Shown one piece after another: positions 45,192 through 55,762 of a DNA stretch of 64,000 bases. Location: IMG/VR virus record IMGVR_UViG_3300045526_000235, positions 15,772-79,771 of that record; one strand, 5' to 3'. The DNA comes from a virus. Taxonomy: Duplodnaviria > Caudoviricetes. A program made the position numbers and the translations under genes. Within the stretch, counting starts at the first letter, position 1, and every line of letters begins with the position of its first letter. Under the pieces are notes generated by a model. The model ran no database searches, had not been told where the DNA came from, and saw only the letters and a list, made by a program, of their open reading frames with translations.

Positions 45192-48100
45192 TTAATAAGT
45201 GCCGTCGTCAATGGTGGCAGTAATAGTTCCAGCCGTAAAATCGCCATTAACATCACGAGCAACAATTGCGCTAGCAGTGTTAGCGCTTGTCGCAGTAGTT
45301 GCACTATTGCTTACTTTGCCTGCTGTAGAAATCGTACTCAGCTTGCTGTCTGCAATGCTACCAGCGAGCATTGTATTGGTAACAGTGCCAGTGTCACCAT
45401 TGGTGACAACAGTACCCGTAACATTGGGCAGCGTAATAGTTCTTGCCGCAGTAGGATCTGCAACTGTTAACGTTGTTTCAAAGCCATCATTAGTGGCACC
45501 TTCAAACAGCAAGCTACCAGTGGTACCAAAAATCACCTGGCCAGTGATGGTTCCGCCTGCTTTTGGCAATGCGGCATTGGCTAGGTCGTAGGCGCTCTTA
45601 ACAGCCGTTGCAGTGGCAGCTAATGTGCTGCTAGTAGTCGAAATGCTGTCTGTAAGCTGAACCACGCCAGCAGCGCTTGTAGATGCTGCGCTAATGCTGA
45701 ACAATGGAGTGGTTGTCCCACTAACGACAGACAATGGAGCAGCGGCGCTGACGCTTGTTACCGTGCCGCTTGCTGGCGTCGCCCACTTAACTCCTAATGT
45801 TTGAGTGGAATCTGCCGTCAACACTTGATTATTAGTGCCAACAGTCAGTTTGCTAATAGTAGTAGCGCCACTGCCAACGATTAAATCACCCTTGGTATAG
45901 CTAGTAATATTGGTGCCACCACGAGCAACACCTAAGGTGCCGCTTGTTAAATTACTTGCATTTCTACATTCATTGCTAACTTCTTCAATTGCCCCCTGAA
46001 CATTAATGGCGCTAATGCTTGCCGCTGGAGTAAAGCCAATTTGACCAGCAGTCTGCGATGTATAAGTTGAACTAACGTCAATCTCAGTCCAAGCAGTACC
46101 ATTGCAAAGAAGAATATCAGGAGGAGACAGGGGGACGGCTGGTGCAGGCGAAACGCCAGTACCTCCGCTGGCAACGACCACATAGTACCGATTAAGCGAA
46201 GCGCTAGCAGCAGGCAATGGAGACCCAATTGTAAGTCCAACAGCCGTGCCCTCAGTTGTAACTGTGGCAATCGTATTTCCACTCGCATTGTAAGTACCAG
46301 CAAAAACAATCTCGCCGACACTCACACCAACTGGGTTCCAAACATTGCCATCCCACAGATATAAATCTTTCTGCAATGGATTGAAGAAGAATTGCCCAGT
46401 AAACGCTGCAGCAGGCAAGCCCTCACCAAAGCTTGTTACTGAATAATCTGCCAACTTAACAGCAGTAACAGCATCGTCAGCGATATAAGTGGAGCCAATA
46501 GTGCCAGAAATAATCTTGCTGGCGTCCAATCCTGGAATATCTCCAGAAGCTAAAGTGGTGGCGCCAGAAATAACATGACCCTGGCTATCAACTTGCACTC
46601 GATAATAAGTGCCGCTAGCAACAGAACTAATATGACCAATGGCATCGCCGGTCATTGCTAAACCAGCGCCTGGATAAACAGCTCCTCTTACTGATGCAGT
46701 GGCAACGGGAAGATCAGCTCCTTGCAAAGCCCTAAACGTAGGAGCAGCATCACTGCCACTTGCCGGTCCCACCAGCACACGATTTGCGCTTTGCGTTTTT
46801 AATGCAGGCGTAATAACAGCCGAATATAAATCAGGATAGGTGACAGTAAAGCCGTAAGCGCTATCGCCGCTAACAGCGATGGTGTTTAGGGCAGATTGTC
46901 TAGTCCACCCAGAACCAGTCCAGGTATATTCGTAGCCATTGTTTGTATTGAAATATTGCTGTCCAATGAAAGCACCACTGGCAGATGGCGTTGCTCCCGC
47001 AACAATTGAAGCGCTTTGATCTGCAAGTTTAATAGCAGTGACAGCAGCATTTGCAATCTTGCTTTCTGTAACACCACTATTGGCAATCTTGGCACTGGTT
47101 ACCGCATTATTTGCAATGGTGGCTGCGAATGATGATGTGCCAGTACCGCTTACGTCTCCCGTGAGAGTAATTGTTTGGTCGCCTGTATTAGTGCCAGTGG
47201 ATGTACCAGAAAAACTACCATTTTGCGTAGCAAGCGTGCCCAGTCCTAATGTCGTACGGATGGCAGAAATTGATGCATCATCAAGAATGGAGCGAGCAGC
47301 GGCAGTACAAGGAATTTCCTCAATTGTGCCACCACTAGCGCTAGACCTTCCCAGGATTACATTGCTTTGAGACGTTTGCGCAATGCGACTATAAGTGACA
47401 GCATTGACTGCAATCTTGGAAGTGGTAATGCTATTGTCGGCAATAGCATTAGTTGTAACTGCATTATTAGAAATATCTCCACTGCCAATAGACAATGAAT
47501 TCAGCAGGGCAATGCTGCCAAGCCCTAAGGCATTACGCATGCCGCTAATAGTTGGCTCAGCGACAACAGAACGAGCTGCGCTAGTAAACGCTCCGCTGGA
47601 AACTATATTTGCTGCTGTTGTATAAAAGAACAGGTCTGAAGAGCCGGCATTTGCCGAGATGCCTGCCAATGCAGAGTTATATGCTTGAACGTTTGTTCCA
47701 ATGGCAAGACCAAGATTGGTCCTTGCTTGTGCAGCAGTGGAAGCTCCAGTGCCACCATCCGCAATAGCGATGTCCGTAATATTAGTGATGGTGCCGCCAG
47801 AAATGACTGCGTTGCCAGAACGGAATGTTACTCCGGAAATCGTTCCTCCCGTAATTCCAACACTATTAGAGTTTTGCGTGGCAATGGTGCCAAGTCCAAT
47901 AGTCGATCGAATGCCGCTAGCTGTGGTTTGAGCAAGAACGGTGCGCCCTAAGCTAGTTAAAGTTGCGGAGGTAATAACTCCAGAAGCGCTGGAGTAGATA
48001 ATATTATTGGCTTGATTATATAGGCCTGTTGTGCTTGCAAGAATGGCATTGTAAGCTTGCACGTCAGTGCCAATAACAAGCCCTAAATTTGCCCTCGCTC

Positions 48101-48662
48101 CGCTAGCAGTGGATGCGCCAGTTCCTCCATCTGTAATAGCTAAATCAGTGATATTAGTAATCGTTCCGCCAGAAATAACGGCATTAGCAGAGCGGAATGT
48201 AACTCCACTAATAGTGCCGCCTGTGATGCCAACATTATTAGCATTTTGAGAAGCAATGGTTCCCAAAGAAGGGAGGCCAGTTAGGCTTGCATATGTGCCG
48301 CTTGTCGCCACTGGAGCGAGACCAGTGACACTGCCAGCGGAAATAATGATAGGAATGCCGCTAGCAGATGTAATTAAACCTTTGCTATTAACGACAAAAC
48401 GTGCAACAGTTGACGCATTGCCATATACACCACTTGCCACTCCAGTATTGGCAAATGCAACAGAAGATAATTTTGTGGCTGAATTTTGATCTAATTTAGA
48501 AAGATCGATGAACGACGATGGTGATCCGCTGATGCCATAGTTAATTAAACTGGCAACACTAACTTGTTTAGTTTCTCCAGCGCTTACATCTACAACCGGC
48601 AAAGAATCTGCTTGAGAAAGGCCCGCAGAAAGCGTTACTAACTCTGAAATACGAACAGTCAC
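45192..48662 (-). CDS. Tail fiber / tail structural protein (1156 aa)
   Basis: DGGTGASTA repeats, VT..KIA repeats, GVVQLTDS..STS motif and a DDGTY end. Confidence 0.8.
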   Translation of the reverse strand: MTVRISELVTLSAGLSQADSLPVVDVSAGETKQVSVASLINYGISGSPSSFIDLSKLDQNSATKLSSVAFANTGVASGVYGNASTVARFVVNSKGLITSASGIPIIISAGSVTGLAPVATSGTYASLTGLPSLGTIASQNANNVGITGGTISGVTFRSANAVISGGTITNITDLAITDGGTGASTASGARANLGLVIGTDVQAYNAILASTTGLYNQANNIIYSSASGVITSATLTSLGRTVLAQTTASGIRSTIGLGTIATQNSNSVGITGGTISGVTFRSGNAVISGGTITNITDIAIADGGTGASTAAQARTNLGLAIGTNVQAYNSALAGISANAGSSDLFFYTTAANIVSSGAFTSAARSVVAEPTISGMRNALGLGSIALLNSLSIGSGDISNNAVTTNAIADNSITTSKIAVNAVTYSRIAQTSQSNVILGRSSASGGTIEEIPCTAAARSILDDASISAIRTTLGLGTLATQNGSFSGTSTGTNTGDQTITLTGDVSGTGTSSFAATIANNAVTSAKIANSGVTESKIANAAVTAIKLADQSASIVAGATPSASGAFIGQQYFNTNNGYEYTWTGSGWTRQSALNTIAVSGDSAYGFTVTYPDLYSAVITPALKTQSANRVLVGPASGSDAAPTFRALQGADLPVATASVRGAVYPGAGLAMTGDAIGHISSVASGTYYRVQVDSQGHVISGATTLASGDIPGLDASKIISGTIGSTYIADDAVTAVKLADYSVTSFGEGLPAAAFTGQFFFNPLQKDLYLWDGNVWNPVGVSVGEIVFAGTYNASGNTIATVTTEGTAVGLTIGSPLPAASASLNRYYVVVASGGTGVSPAPAVPLSPPDILLCNGTAWTEIDVSSTYTSQTAGQIGFTPAASISAINVQGAIEEVSNECRNASNLTSGTLGVARGGTNITSYTKGDLIVGSGATTISKLTVGTNNQVLTADSTQTLGVKWATPASGTVTSVSAAAPLSVVSGTTTPLFSISAASTSAAGVVQLTDSISTTSSTLAATATAVKSAYDLANAALPKAGGTITGQVIFGTTGSLLFEGATNDGFETTLTVADPTAARTITLPNVTGTVVTNGDTGTVTNTMLAGSIADSKLSTISTAGKVSNSATTATSANTASAIVARDVNGDFTAGTITATIDDGTY

Positions 48663-48663
48663 G

Positions 48664-49596
48664 TTAGTTGACCTCCAAGAGAACGCCCAGCTCTTCTAGC
48701 GTAGATTCATTGCCAATCCTAACATTATTTTCAGTTGTCAAATCAACTGGACCAACGCCAGCAGTTAATATAAACTCTCCAGAAGTGATGAAATCAAAAC
48801 TACATTCAGCAATTTGATCTGCTCGCATTGTAAATGCGGACCTCGTTAATATTCCGTTCACTTCGTAATACACTCCATCAGATGCTCCATATCCAAATGG
48901 TTGAGGGGGGCCTGGCTCTAAAATGTAAAAACGACCAGCAAATCCGCTGCCTACTTCCACTTTTTGGATGAGTTGCGCCAATGCAAGAGGAAGCTCTTCA
49001 CCGTCTAAGCTTTTAAAATTGAATAGGCAATCAACACTGCCGCTGCCGCTAATTGCGCTTGATTCAAAAGTTTTATACTTATTGCCCAGTGCTGTCACGT
49101 CAACAGACTCTCGATCGGTGGACAATGTAAATCCTTGCACCTCCCCTAAGGTTGTGTAGGATCCAGGTAATAACTGTAGGCTTACGTCCCATGGTACGCT
49201 GGTGCTAGGTTTTGCCAATGGAATGGCAGAATATCTGCTACCAGGATTCGCTAATGCATCGGCAAAGTTGCGATACATGCGAAACGCTCCCATTCTGTCT
49301 ACATTGACATAAAATTCCAAAGGAAGCACGCCTGCCCCTGGATTGTCTATGTAAGTGGTATTGGCAATGCTTTCGTAAAAACGAAATGGCAATCCTCTTG
49401 CGTCGCTCGTGGTAAGACGCAATCTATCGCCAGTCACAATCGTGCCAATCGGCAAGTCAAGTCCGTTCTCAACGCCCAAAGATACGCGGTTTCTTAATAC
49501 GTCTAAATCAGAGGGGCCAATAGTACAACTAATAGGCTTTGATGATCCAACACGCTTAAACTCAATACTGCCATAATGACCAGCAAATACAGTCAT
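48664..49596 (-). CDS. Tail-tube-like protein (paralog A)
   Basis: LSTDRESVDVTALG..Y......ISGSGS motif resembles tail-tube folds. Confidence 0.55.
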   Translation of the reverse strand: MTVFAGHYGSIEFKRVGSSKPISCTIGPSDLDVLRNRVSLGVENGLDLPIGTIVTGDRLRLTTSDARGLPFRFYESIANTTYIDNPGAGVLPLEFYVNVDRMGAFRMYRNFADALANPGSRYSAIPLAKPSTSVPWDVSLQLLPGSYTTLGEVQGFTLSTDRESVDVTALGNKYKTFESSAISGSGSVDCLFNFKSLDGEELPLALAQLIQKVEVGSGFAGRFYILEPGPPQPFGYGASDGVYYEVNGILTRSAFTMRADQIAECSFDFITSGEFILTAGVGPVDLTTENNVRIGNESTLEELGVLLEVN

Positions 49597-49609
49597 GACT
49601 AATCATTTC

Positions 49610-50413
49610 TCAAAGCCTTGACACATTAGGCTTCCAGGGCACATCAAGAAGTGGGCCATCAACCGTAAAGTTAGTGGCAACAGTAACCACTTCTCCATAG
49701 CTAACACTAACACTAGCGCTTGTTACATAAGCATTAAACAGGAAATTAGTCTTCCACCTGTTTTCGCTGTCCACTAAGAAGCTACCACCGTCAACGGCTA
49801 AATTCATGATCACACGAGGAGGCACATCTCGCGGAAACAGAATATCAACGAGCTCAAAAATATCGCGAGTATTGGAAGACGCGCCGCTGTTTAAATCATC
49901 TTCATAAAACATTAAGGTGGCGCTACCATCTCCAGAAGTGATCGATGGCGCAAAAGTCTTCACTACATCACCTAGCGCCGTAGTTTCAATGACTTCGCTA
50001 TTACTATTAAAGCTCCAGTCGCGAATTTTTGCAATGCGATAGTTGTCAACAGTAATATCTAATTCATTATCAACGCCGACAGTATTCACCGACCCCACCG
50101 TAAAATCGGCAGTCATTCGCACTAAAACATTATTGGCATATCTTGCGAGATACACCACGTCAGTGTCAGCATAATTTCCACCAGCAGTGGATACGGTAAA
50201 GCTGCAGCTCCTTGATAAATCGTTAACACCAATCGCAGTGGTGGCTCTATATTGTCCTCCAGTGCCCTGTCCTCGCACTGTAACAACATTTAACACTTGA
50301 CCAATAGTAGTAGATTGGCCTGCCTCAATATTTTGAGTGATTGTGCCAGTTAGACCACTATTGGCCCTGCGGGCAATATAAATGCGACCGTTATTTCCAG
50401 TGTAAACTGCCAT
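49610..50413 (-). CDS. Tail-tube-like protein (paralog B)
   Basis: MAVYTG..G, IRDWSF...EVIETTALGD....F...ITSGDGS motif. Confidence 0.55.
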   Translation of the reverse strand: MAVYTGNNGRIYIARRANSGLTGTITQNIEAGQSTTIGQVLNVVTVRGQGTGGQYRATTAIGVNDLSRSCSFTVSTAGGNYADTDVVYLARYANNVLVRMTADFTVGSVNTVGVDNELDITVDNYRIAKIRDWSFNSNSEVIETTALGDVVKTFAPSITSGDGSATLMFYEDDLNSGASSNTRDIFELVDILFPRDVPPRVIMNLAVDGGSFLVDSENRWKTNFLFNAYVTSASVSVSYGEVVTVATNFTVDGPLLDVPWKPNVSRL

Positions 50414-50458
50414 GGTCTACCCACTATTAATAGTTAAATGTTAGCACAAGCGCGTGAA

Positions 50459-53400
50459 TCAATTGTCAATGAAGAAAAGGCTCTCGTCAAACTGTCCGTT
50501 TGCATTTAATCGAACAATATTGCTTTTGGTTTGGCCTCCTTCTTCTCTGCATGGATGCTCAACTGCGCTAATCTTCACTTCGCCCTCAGCCTCTAGCGCC
50601 ACACCGACCACTCTAAACACTCGCTTTGAGGCGCTTTCGGTTCCCAAAACAAACAATGCGCCGGTCCCTGCATAGGCAGATAAAGCCGCAGCTTGGCCAT
50701 TTGTATATGAAATGGATTGCTTGATTGGCTGAGATCCAGGCTTGTAAATCAATGTGGAATAGGTGCCAGTGATAGACTCTCCACCAAAAGGAATGTTAAT
50801 GGTGCCATCATCCAAGACAACGCCTGAGTGCATATTGTCCCATTCGTTATCGTCTATCTGCACATAGATATAAGAGCCGGGCTCAACAGGGGCTTCGGTT
50901 GGGAACGTCGAAAATTCGATGCCACGCCGAATGTGGCGCCGTTGTTGCACAAGCAAAATGGCATAATGCAAAGCTTGGTGCCTATTTGTCACAAAACTAG
51001 ATAAATCGAATGTCCTCCTTGTCGCAGTCGTAGTATCTGTATCCTTTAATCGAACTGTAATGTTGGTGTTTCTGGGAAATGGTTCTTCCGATGATTGATC
51101 GCGGTACACTACGGTAGCGATTAAATCTTCAGTTGTTTCTCCATAGTCAAGAAAATCTTCTTTGTATGACTCCTCCAAGATGTTGCCCTGATTAAACAAT
51201 GCACTAATTGTCACAACATCAGTGATTGATCCATCTGCTTTATGCGGAACAGCGGGAATCAACGTTTCCTTGCCGCCAATACGAGCGAGCTCTAATAAAG
51301 AATGTGGTGCAACTTCCGCCCAAAAAGTTCGCCATGCGCCTTTGTCTGCAATCACTCCGTCCATATGGTACGACTGATTGATGCAGAAATTTTTTGCTAT
51401 GGCTAAACGTGCAATATCAATACCAGACGGATCAGCGTATTGACCAATGCCATTTTCTTTGTCCAAAATTGTATCCAAGAAAATATCTGGTGCCAACGAT
51501 GAATACACGTTCGGCAATTCTGGATACGATGGAGGAGAAGTTTGGATGCCCCTTACCTTGCGTCCTTTTGTGGCAAATACACTTAAGCTACGCAGGCTCG
51601 TAATGCCGGCCCCGCTATAAGCATTAAAGCCAATAACGCTAAGTCCTTTATAATAATTTTCACTAAAATCGCTAAGCTGTTGCTCCGTAACGGCCGTAAT
51701 CTTGAACTCAGGACCACTATCAAAAGACGCCTGCATCACCGTGTCAGAGTGCGTTGAATACAACATCCACTCATCAACCCCGTATGGCGATTTATTGACC
51801 GGAGGAAGATTATCCCTACCTGGGTTCCTCGAATAGCCCCTGTAATAAAACGGACCAATTTGCTTAATATTTCCCCTGTTCTCTAGGTAAATATATTTAA
51901 GCTTCTCTCCTTGGGCGTTAACACCGGCAATGTTAAATCCTATGCGCAATGCTTCAGACGATGGATCAGTGATTGGTTCAAATTCAAACTCCCACTTATC
52001 CGGAGCAGCGTAAGTGCCGCTTCCTGTTTGCGTAAGCTGCGCAAAACTAAAAGGAATATAATTCTCTTTGTCATACCTTCTTCTCACGCAAAAGATGGCA
52101 TTGACATAACGCCAATATTGACTTGATTCATTAATTTTCTTGTATCGCACGGTAAACATAGCAGTGCGAGGCTTATTTCCATTGTCACTGTCCCTGTAGC
52201 GCTTCCCTTCTTCTTTTACTTTTTTCTCGCCATACCTAGCGGCTCTTCCTTGTATCCGCATGAACACACGGGCTTTAATTGAAAAATGAACAATATGACT
52301 TGGCGTTAACATTTCATAGCGAGCCACTGACACTTTTGCAATGCATTTAGTACCAAGATAATCGTTGAAACTATTTGGAATAATTTCCGGATCAGAGTAA
52401 TATTGGTAGCTAGACATTACAGTCTCTTCAAGAGAAGCACCAGGAGGCAATTGACGAGCGAGGGAAAGGTCTGTTTGCTGTAATTGGCTAATAACATTTT
52501 GAAGCTCTAATTTTTTTAGAGCAATTTGCGCGTCAAGATTTGCATAAGCTTGCGCTAAAGCGGCGCTATCAAAGTCAGCAGCAGCCAATACTTTTGATTC
52601 AAGCCTGCGAATGTAGTTCTTGAGTTTACGCAACGTTAAGCGCTCTAGTTTTGCTGACGGCGTACGATCATTTAAATTTGGAAATCCACCTAAATCTACA
52701 TTGACACCCTCAAACGAATTAATGGCAGAATTAGCAATCCTGCGAGCGCTAATGAGTTGACTACGAACATTTCCATCTGCTACACCTTTTTCGCGAATAG
52801 CGTTTGCCAGTGCGCTGCGCTGTCTTCTTAAAAGTTTCTTGCTGTCAAGAATATTTTTTTTAACTTTCTCCAACGAAGCTTTGGCTGATTTTAATTTTTT
52901 CTTCTCATCAGCCGTAAGACTTTCCTTGTCTTCTAGTCTTTCTATTTTTCCGTTATATTTTTCTTTGTCATCCTTTAAGTCTTCAATCTCTTTTTCTGTC
53001 TCGCGAATGTCCGCCGCGAAACCTTTAATCGTATCGTCAAAATCATTACTATCAAGAACCAATTCATCCATCTCTGACCTATTTCGCCTATAAGACATAA
53101 TCGCCTCGTAGGATTCTTCTGTTTCATCAGACAAATTAACAAGTCTGTCTATGATCCTTCTCTTTTTAGCCGACAAACCGCTATCAACAAAGTCGCTCAC
53201 TTTAATAGTGCTTCGACTTGCTTCTAGTGCGGCAATTTGTAACGGTATTGCCTTTTGCAAGGCCTTAAGCTCATTCCTTTGCTCTTCTACATCTTCGGTT
53301 TGATAGTCTTCCCATGGGCCATATCCTTCTTTTACGCATTCAAAGTAGACAATCATGTCTTCTTCGTCTAACCCTTGGTCTCCGCCCTGTCCTTCTCCGC

Positions 53401-54433
53401 TAATCCGATCCACTTGAAACAAGGCACTACCAAGCTTATATAAAATGCCTTTTTCGATGGACTCTGATGCTGCATAACGAATCTCGTCTGCGAGGTCGTC
53501 GGCTTCATCCGCTCCCTGTATCTTCTTGACTTTTTTAATCCTTAAATTAATTTTCTCCCCTTTTTGAATAATTTGCCGCGTACGACCAAAATATTTACTT
53601 GGCCAAAAGGCCCCTCGGTCTTCCAGCAAAATATTAAGATCGGCTTTTTTCTCATCGCCATCTTCCTCTCGTCCAAAAACGCTTACCTTAATGGGAACAG
53701 GAGAAAACAGTCCAAACTCATTAGACGATGTAGGGGTGAATGCTTGACTAAAACCAAACAGTTCTTCGTCCTCGTTTAATGTTGGACGATAAACAATTGC
53801 ATTCTTTCTGTTTTGATAGGGATCATCCCCTCTGCCTCGGCGAATATCGTTGTAACGTATAACCTTGTCATTTTCAAAATACTGCCATGAAGAGCCGGCA
53901 GTAAATAGCTTCGTCAATGTTTGCCCAAAGGCAGTTTTTGTAAAATCAGGAGGATAAATTTCCGATGCACCAATGGCTGCCAATAACTGCACATACTGAG
54001 CATTGCCAGTGCTATAAACAGCCGACCACAATAAAGACGTATTAACTCTCACCCCACCATTAGGATTTTCACCATACCCATTACCATAGTTTGCATAAAC
54101 TAAATTCACTGGATCGCCATATTGCGCTATTTCTTGAAATGAATCAAACCCGTAGCGTGGCGCAAACCTCCTTTCTCTTACGCGTCGTTGATTAACGGCT
54201 TCTGGTGCTTCAGGGCGTGGAGCAATCAATGCCGCCACGACTTGCGCAACTGTGCCGATAATGCTCAAAGCAAGCGCAATGGCGGGCGTAGCAGGACCAT
54301 TGCGAATGTCCAATAGCGTTCCAGCTTTCTCGTCCTTGTATTCAGCTTGTGCCTTACGAAACTCAAAATATTCGTCTTCCGTAATATCAAGCGCTTCAAT
54401 CAAGGCCTGTTCGTAAGGGAGAAGTTGACGCAT
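50459..54433 (-). CDS. Central tail tip / host-specificity protein (lambda J-like position)
   Basis: 1324 aa following the M/L/K-like genes; LFNQGNILE..Y and FSTFP...PVEPG motifs. Confidence 0.7.
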   Translation of the reverse strand: MRQLLPYEQALIEALDITEDEYFEFRKAQAEYKDEKAGTLLDIRNGPATPAIALALSIIGTVAQVVAALIAPRPEAPEAVNQRRVRERRFAPRYGFDSFQEIAQYGDPVNLVYANYGNGYGENPNGGVRVNTSLLWSAVYSTGNAQYVQLLAAIGASEIYPPDFTKTAFGQTLTKLFTAGSSWQYFENDKVIRYNDIRRGRGDDPYQNRKNAIVYRPTLNEDEELFGFSQAFTPTSSNEFGLFSPVPIKVSVFGREEDGDEKKADLNILLEDRGAFWPSKYFGRTRQIIQKGEKINLRIKKVKKIQGADEADDLADEIRYAASESIEKGILYKLGSALFQVDRISGEGQGGDQGLDEEDMIVYFECVKEGYGPWEDYQTEDVEEQRNELKALQKAIPLQIAALEASRSTIKVSDFVDSGLSAKKRRIIDRLVNLSDETEESYEAIMSYRRNRSEMDELVLDSNDFDDTIKGFAADIRETEKEIEDLKDDKEKYNGKIERLEDKESLTADEKKKLKSAKASLEKVKKNILDSKKLLRRQRSALANAIREKGVADGNVRSQLISARRIANSAINSFEGVNVDLGGFPNLNDRTPSAKLERLTLRKLKNYIRRLESKVLAAADFDSAALAQAYANLDAQIALKKLELQNVISQLQQTDLSLARQLPPGASLEETVMSSYQYYSDPEIIPNSFNDYLGTKCIAKVSVARYEMLTPSHIVHFSIKARVFMRIQGRAARYGEKKVKEEGKRYRDSDNGNKPRTAMFTVRYKKINESSQYWRYVNAIFCVRRRYDKENYIPFSFAQLTQTGSGTYAAPDKWEFEFEPITDPSSEALRIGFNIAGVNAQGEKLKYIYLENRGNIKQIGPFYYRGYSRNPGRDNLPPVNKSPYGVDEWMLYSTHSDTVMQASFDSGPEFKITAVTEQQLSDFSENYYKGLSVIGFNAYSGAGITSLRSLSVFATKGRKVRGIQTSPPSYPELPNVYSSLAPDIFLDTILDKENGIGQYADPSGIDIARLAIAKNFCINQSYHMDGVIADKGAWRTFWAEVAPHSLLELARIGGKETLIPAVPHKADGSITDVVTISALFNQGNILEESYKEDFLDYGETTEDLIATVVYRDQSSEEPFPRNTNITVRLKDTDTTTATRRTFDLSSFVTNRHQALHYAILLVQQRRHIRRGIEFSTFPTEAPVEPGSYIYVQIDDNEWDNMHSGVVLDDGTINIPFGGESITGTYSTLIYKPGSQPIKQSISYTNGQAAALSAYAGTGALFVLGTESASKRVFRVVGVALEAEGEVKISAVEHPCREEGGQTKSNIVRLNANGQFDESLFFIDN

Positions 54434-54459
54434 GATAATATTTTCTAGTCTTACCTAGT

Positions 54460-54837
54460 TTAATTGGTAAAAGAATGCCAAAAAGACGAAGCGATCAAAT
54501 GAGGGCTCCAGAACGAGCGCTTATGCCGTGCAATCGTTAATATGCCATTGTTCACAAACACACCAAGTCCAATGTGCCCCTTTTGTAACGACAGTACAGC
54601 TAAATCACCTTCTTCTGGACTGGCTTGTTTGTAAGCAATTGTTTTTACTTGCGCCAATATTTTCCGAATAGGCAAATCGTCCATAAGCTCATCATATACC
54701 CACGCAAATTCATCTTCGTAGCTTGGAAGCCCAAGCCTTTTCCTTGCTTCTACAAATAACGAAAAGCAATCCACGTAAGACGATGGACCAGAATATTTCG
54801 CTCCAATGCAATACGGTAAACCAATTAAATCGTTCAT
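54460..54837 (-). CDS. NlpC/P60-like tail assembly protein (lambda K-like)
   Basis: DLIGLPY...DCFSL...H.G.F motif. Confidence 0.75.
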   Translation of the reverse strand: MNDLIGLPYCIGAKYSGPSSYVDCFSLFVEARKRLGLPSYEDEFAWVYDELMDDLPIRKILAQVKTIAYKQASPEEGDLAVLSLQKGHIGLGVFVNNGILTIARHKRSFWSPHLIASSFWHSFTN

Positions 54838-54839
54838 GG

Positions 54840-55340
54840 CTACGCAATAGCCAGGTCTGCACTTAATGGTAAAATTCCAGCGTTTTCTTTTGTCAATGAT
54901 TTAGCAGGAAAGTTTGCATTGACGCTATCCATGGCACTCCTGAATCGAAGCTCAACAGTTGTCTCGGAAAAGCTGGCACCAATGCCAACATAATTTTCTG
55001 AATATTGTGCCACCACTTGATAGTCACTATATTGATCACTAGCGGAGTTGTTATCGTACCAAACTGTTCTTACGGTAAGAGACGATAGTCTATTGCCGTT
55101 GCCTCCTTCTACTAAGCGCACGGCAAACAAAGAGAATGGAAATAGTATTTGCAATAAATCGTTATCTCCACCTAATTGTGCCGATGCGCCTTCCACTCTA
55201 AAAGGAGCGTATAAAAAGGTAGGAGAAGAAGATAAAAACGGAAGCGTCACTCCAGAGTTTTCAGAATAGAAAAAATTCTGAAAATGATATTCTCCCCCGG
55301 ATTTTCCTTCTATGGAAATAAAATGAGCAATATTAATCAT
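54840..55340 (-). CDS. Minor tail protein (lambda L-like position)
   Basis: Synteny after the distal tail gene; LRFRSAMDSV.ANFP motif. Confidence 0.6.
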   Translation of the reverse strand: MINIAHFISIEGKSGGEYHFQNFFYSENSGVTLPFLSSSPTFLYAPFRVEGASAQLGGDNDLLQILFPFSLFAVRLVEGGNGNRLSSLTVRTVWYDNNSASDQYSDYQVVAQYSENYVGIGASFSETTVELRFRSAMDSVNANFPAKSLTKENAGILPLSADLAIA

Positions 55341-55342
55341 GG

Positions 55343-55762
55343 CTACGAAGGCGTATAGCGCAACTGTCCAATTATTTTAATTTGTACATTGCTATAAGAC
55401 AGTGCAACGCTTTCGATTTGCGGAGGCTCAGCGTAATGCCAGACAATTTCGCTCATTCTATTCATTCGACTAATCAAGCCAACTGGAGTGGGCAATGATT
55501 CATTTGTACTGTATCCACTGAACACTTCGTCGGGAATTGAAAATCCTTTCTGAAGAGTTTGGTTGTCATGATAATGATCCCATAACTGAGCAACAATTTC
55601 TTCGTTCGCATTGTTAAAACTTAGGCTTAGCTCATAATTAAATCGAACATTACCAAAGCTCCTCCTAACGACAACACCATTTAAAGTTTGATATTGTTTA
55701 ATGGGCGCCTGTCCCATCGTAATGGAACGTTGAGAAGGGCGCAATGCAGGGAAGTCAGACAT
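55343..55762 (-). CDS. Distal tail protein (lambda M-like position)
   Basis: FPALRPSQRS.T.G...WHYAEPPQI; immediately after the tape measure gene. Confidence 0.6.
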   Translation of the reverse strand: MSDFPALRPSQRSITMGQAPIKQYQTLNGVVVRRSFGNVRFNYELSLSFNNANEEIVAQLWDHYHDNQTLQKGFSIPDEVFSGYSTNESLPTPVGLISRMNRMSEIVWHYAEPPQIESVALSYSNVQIKIIGQLRYTPS

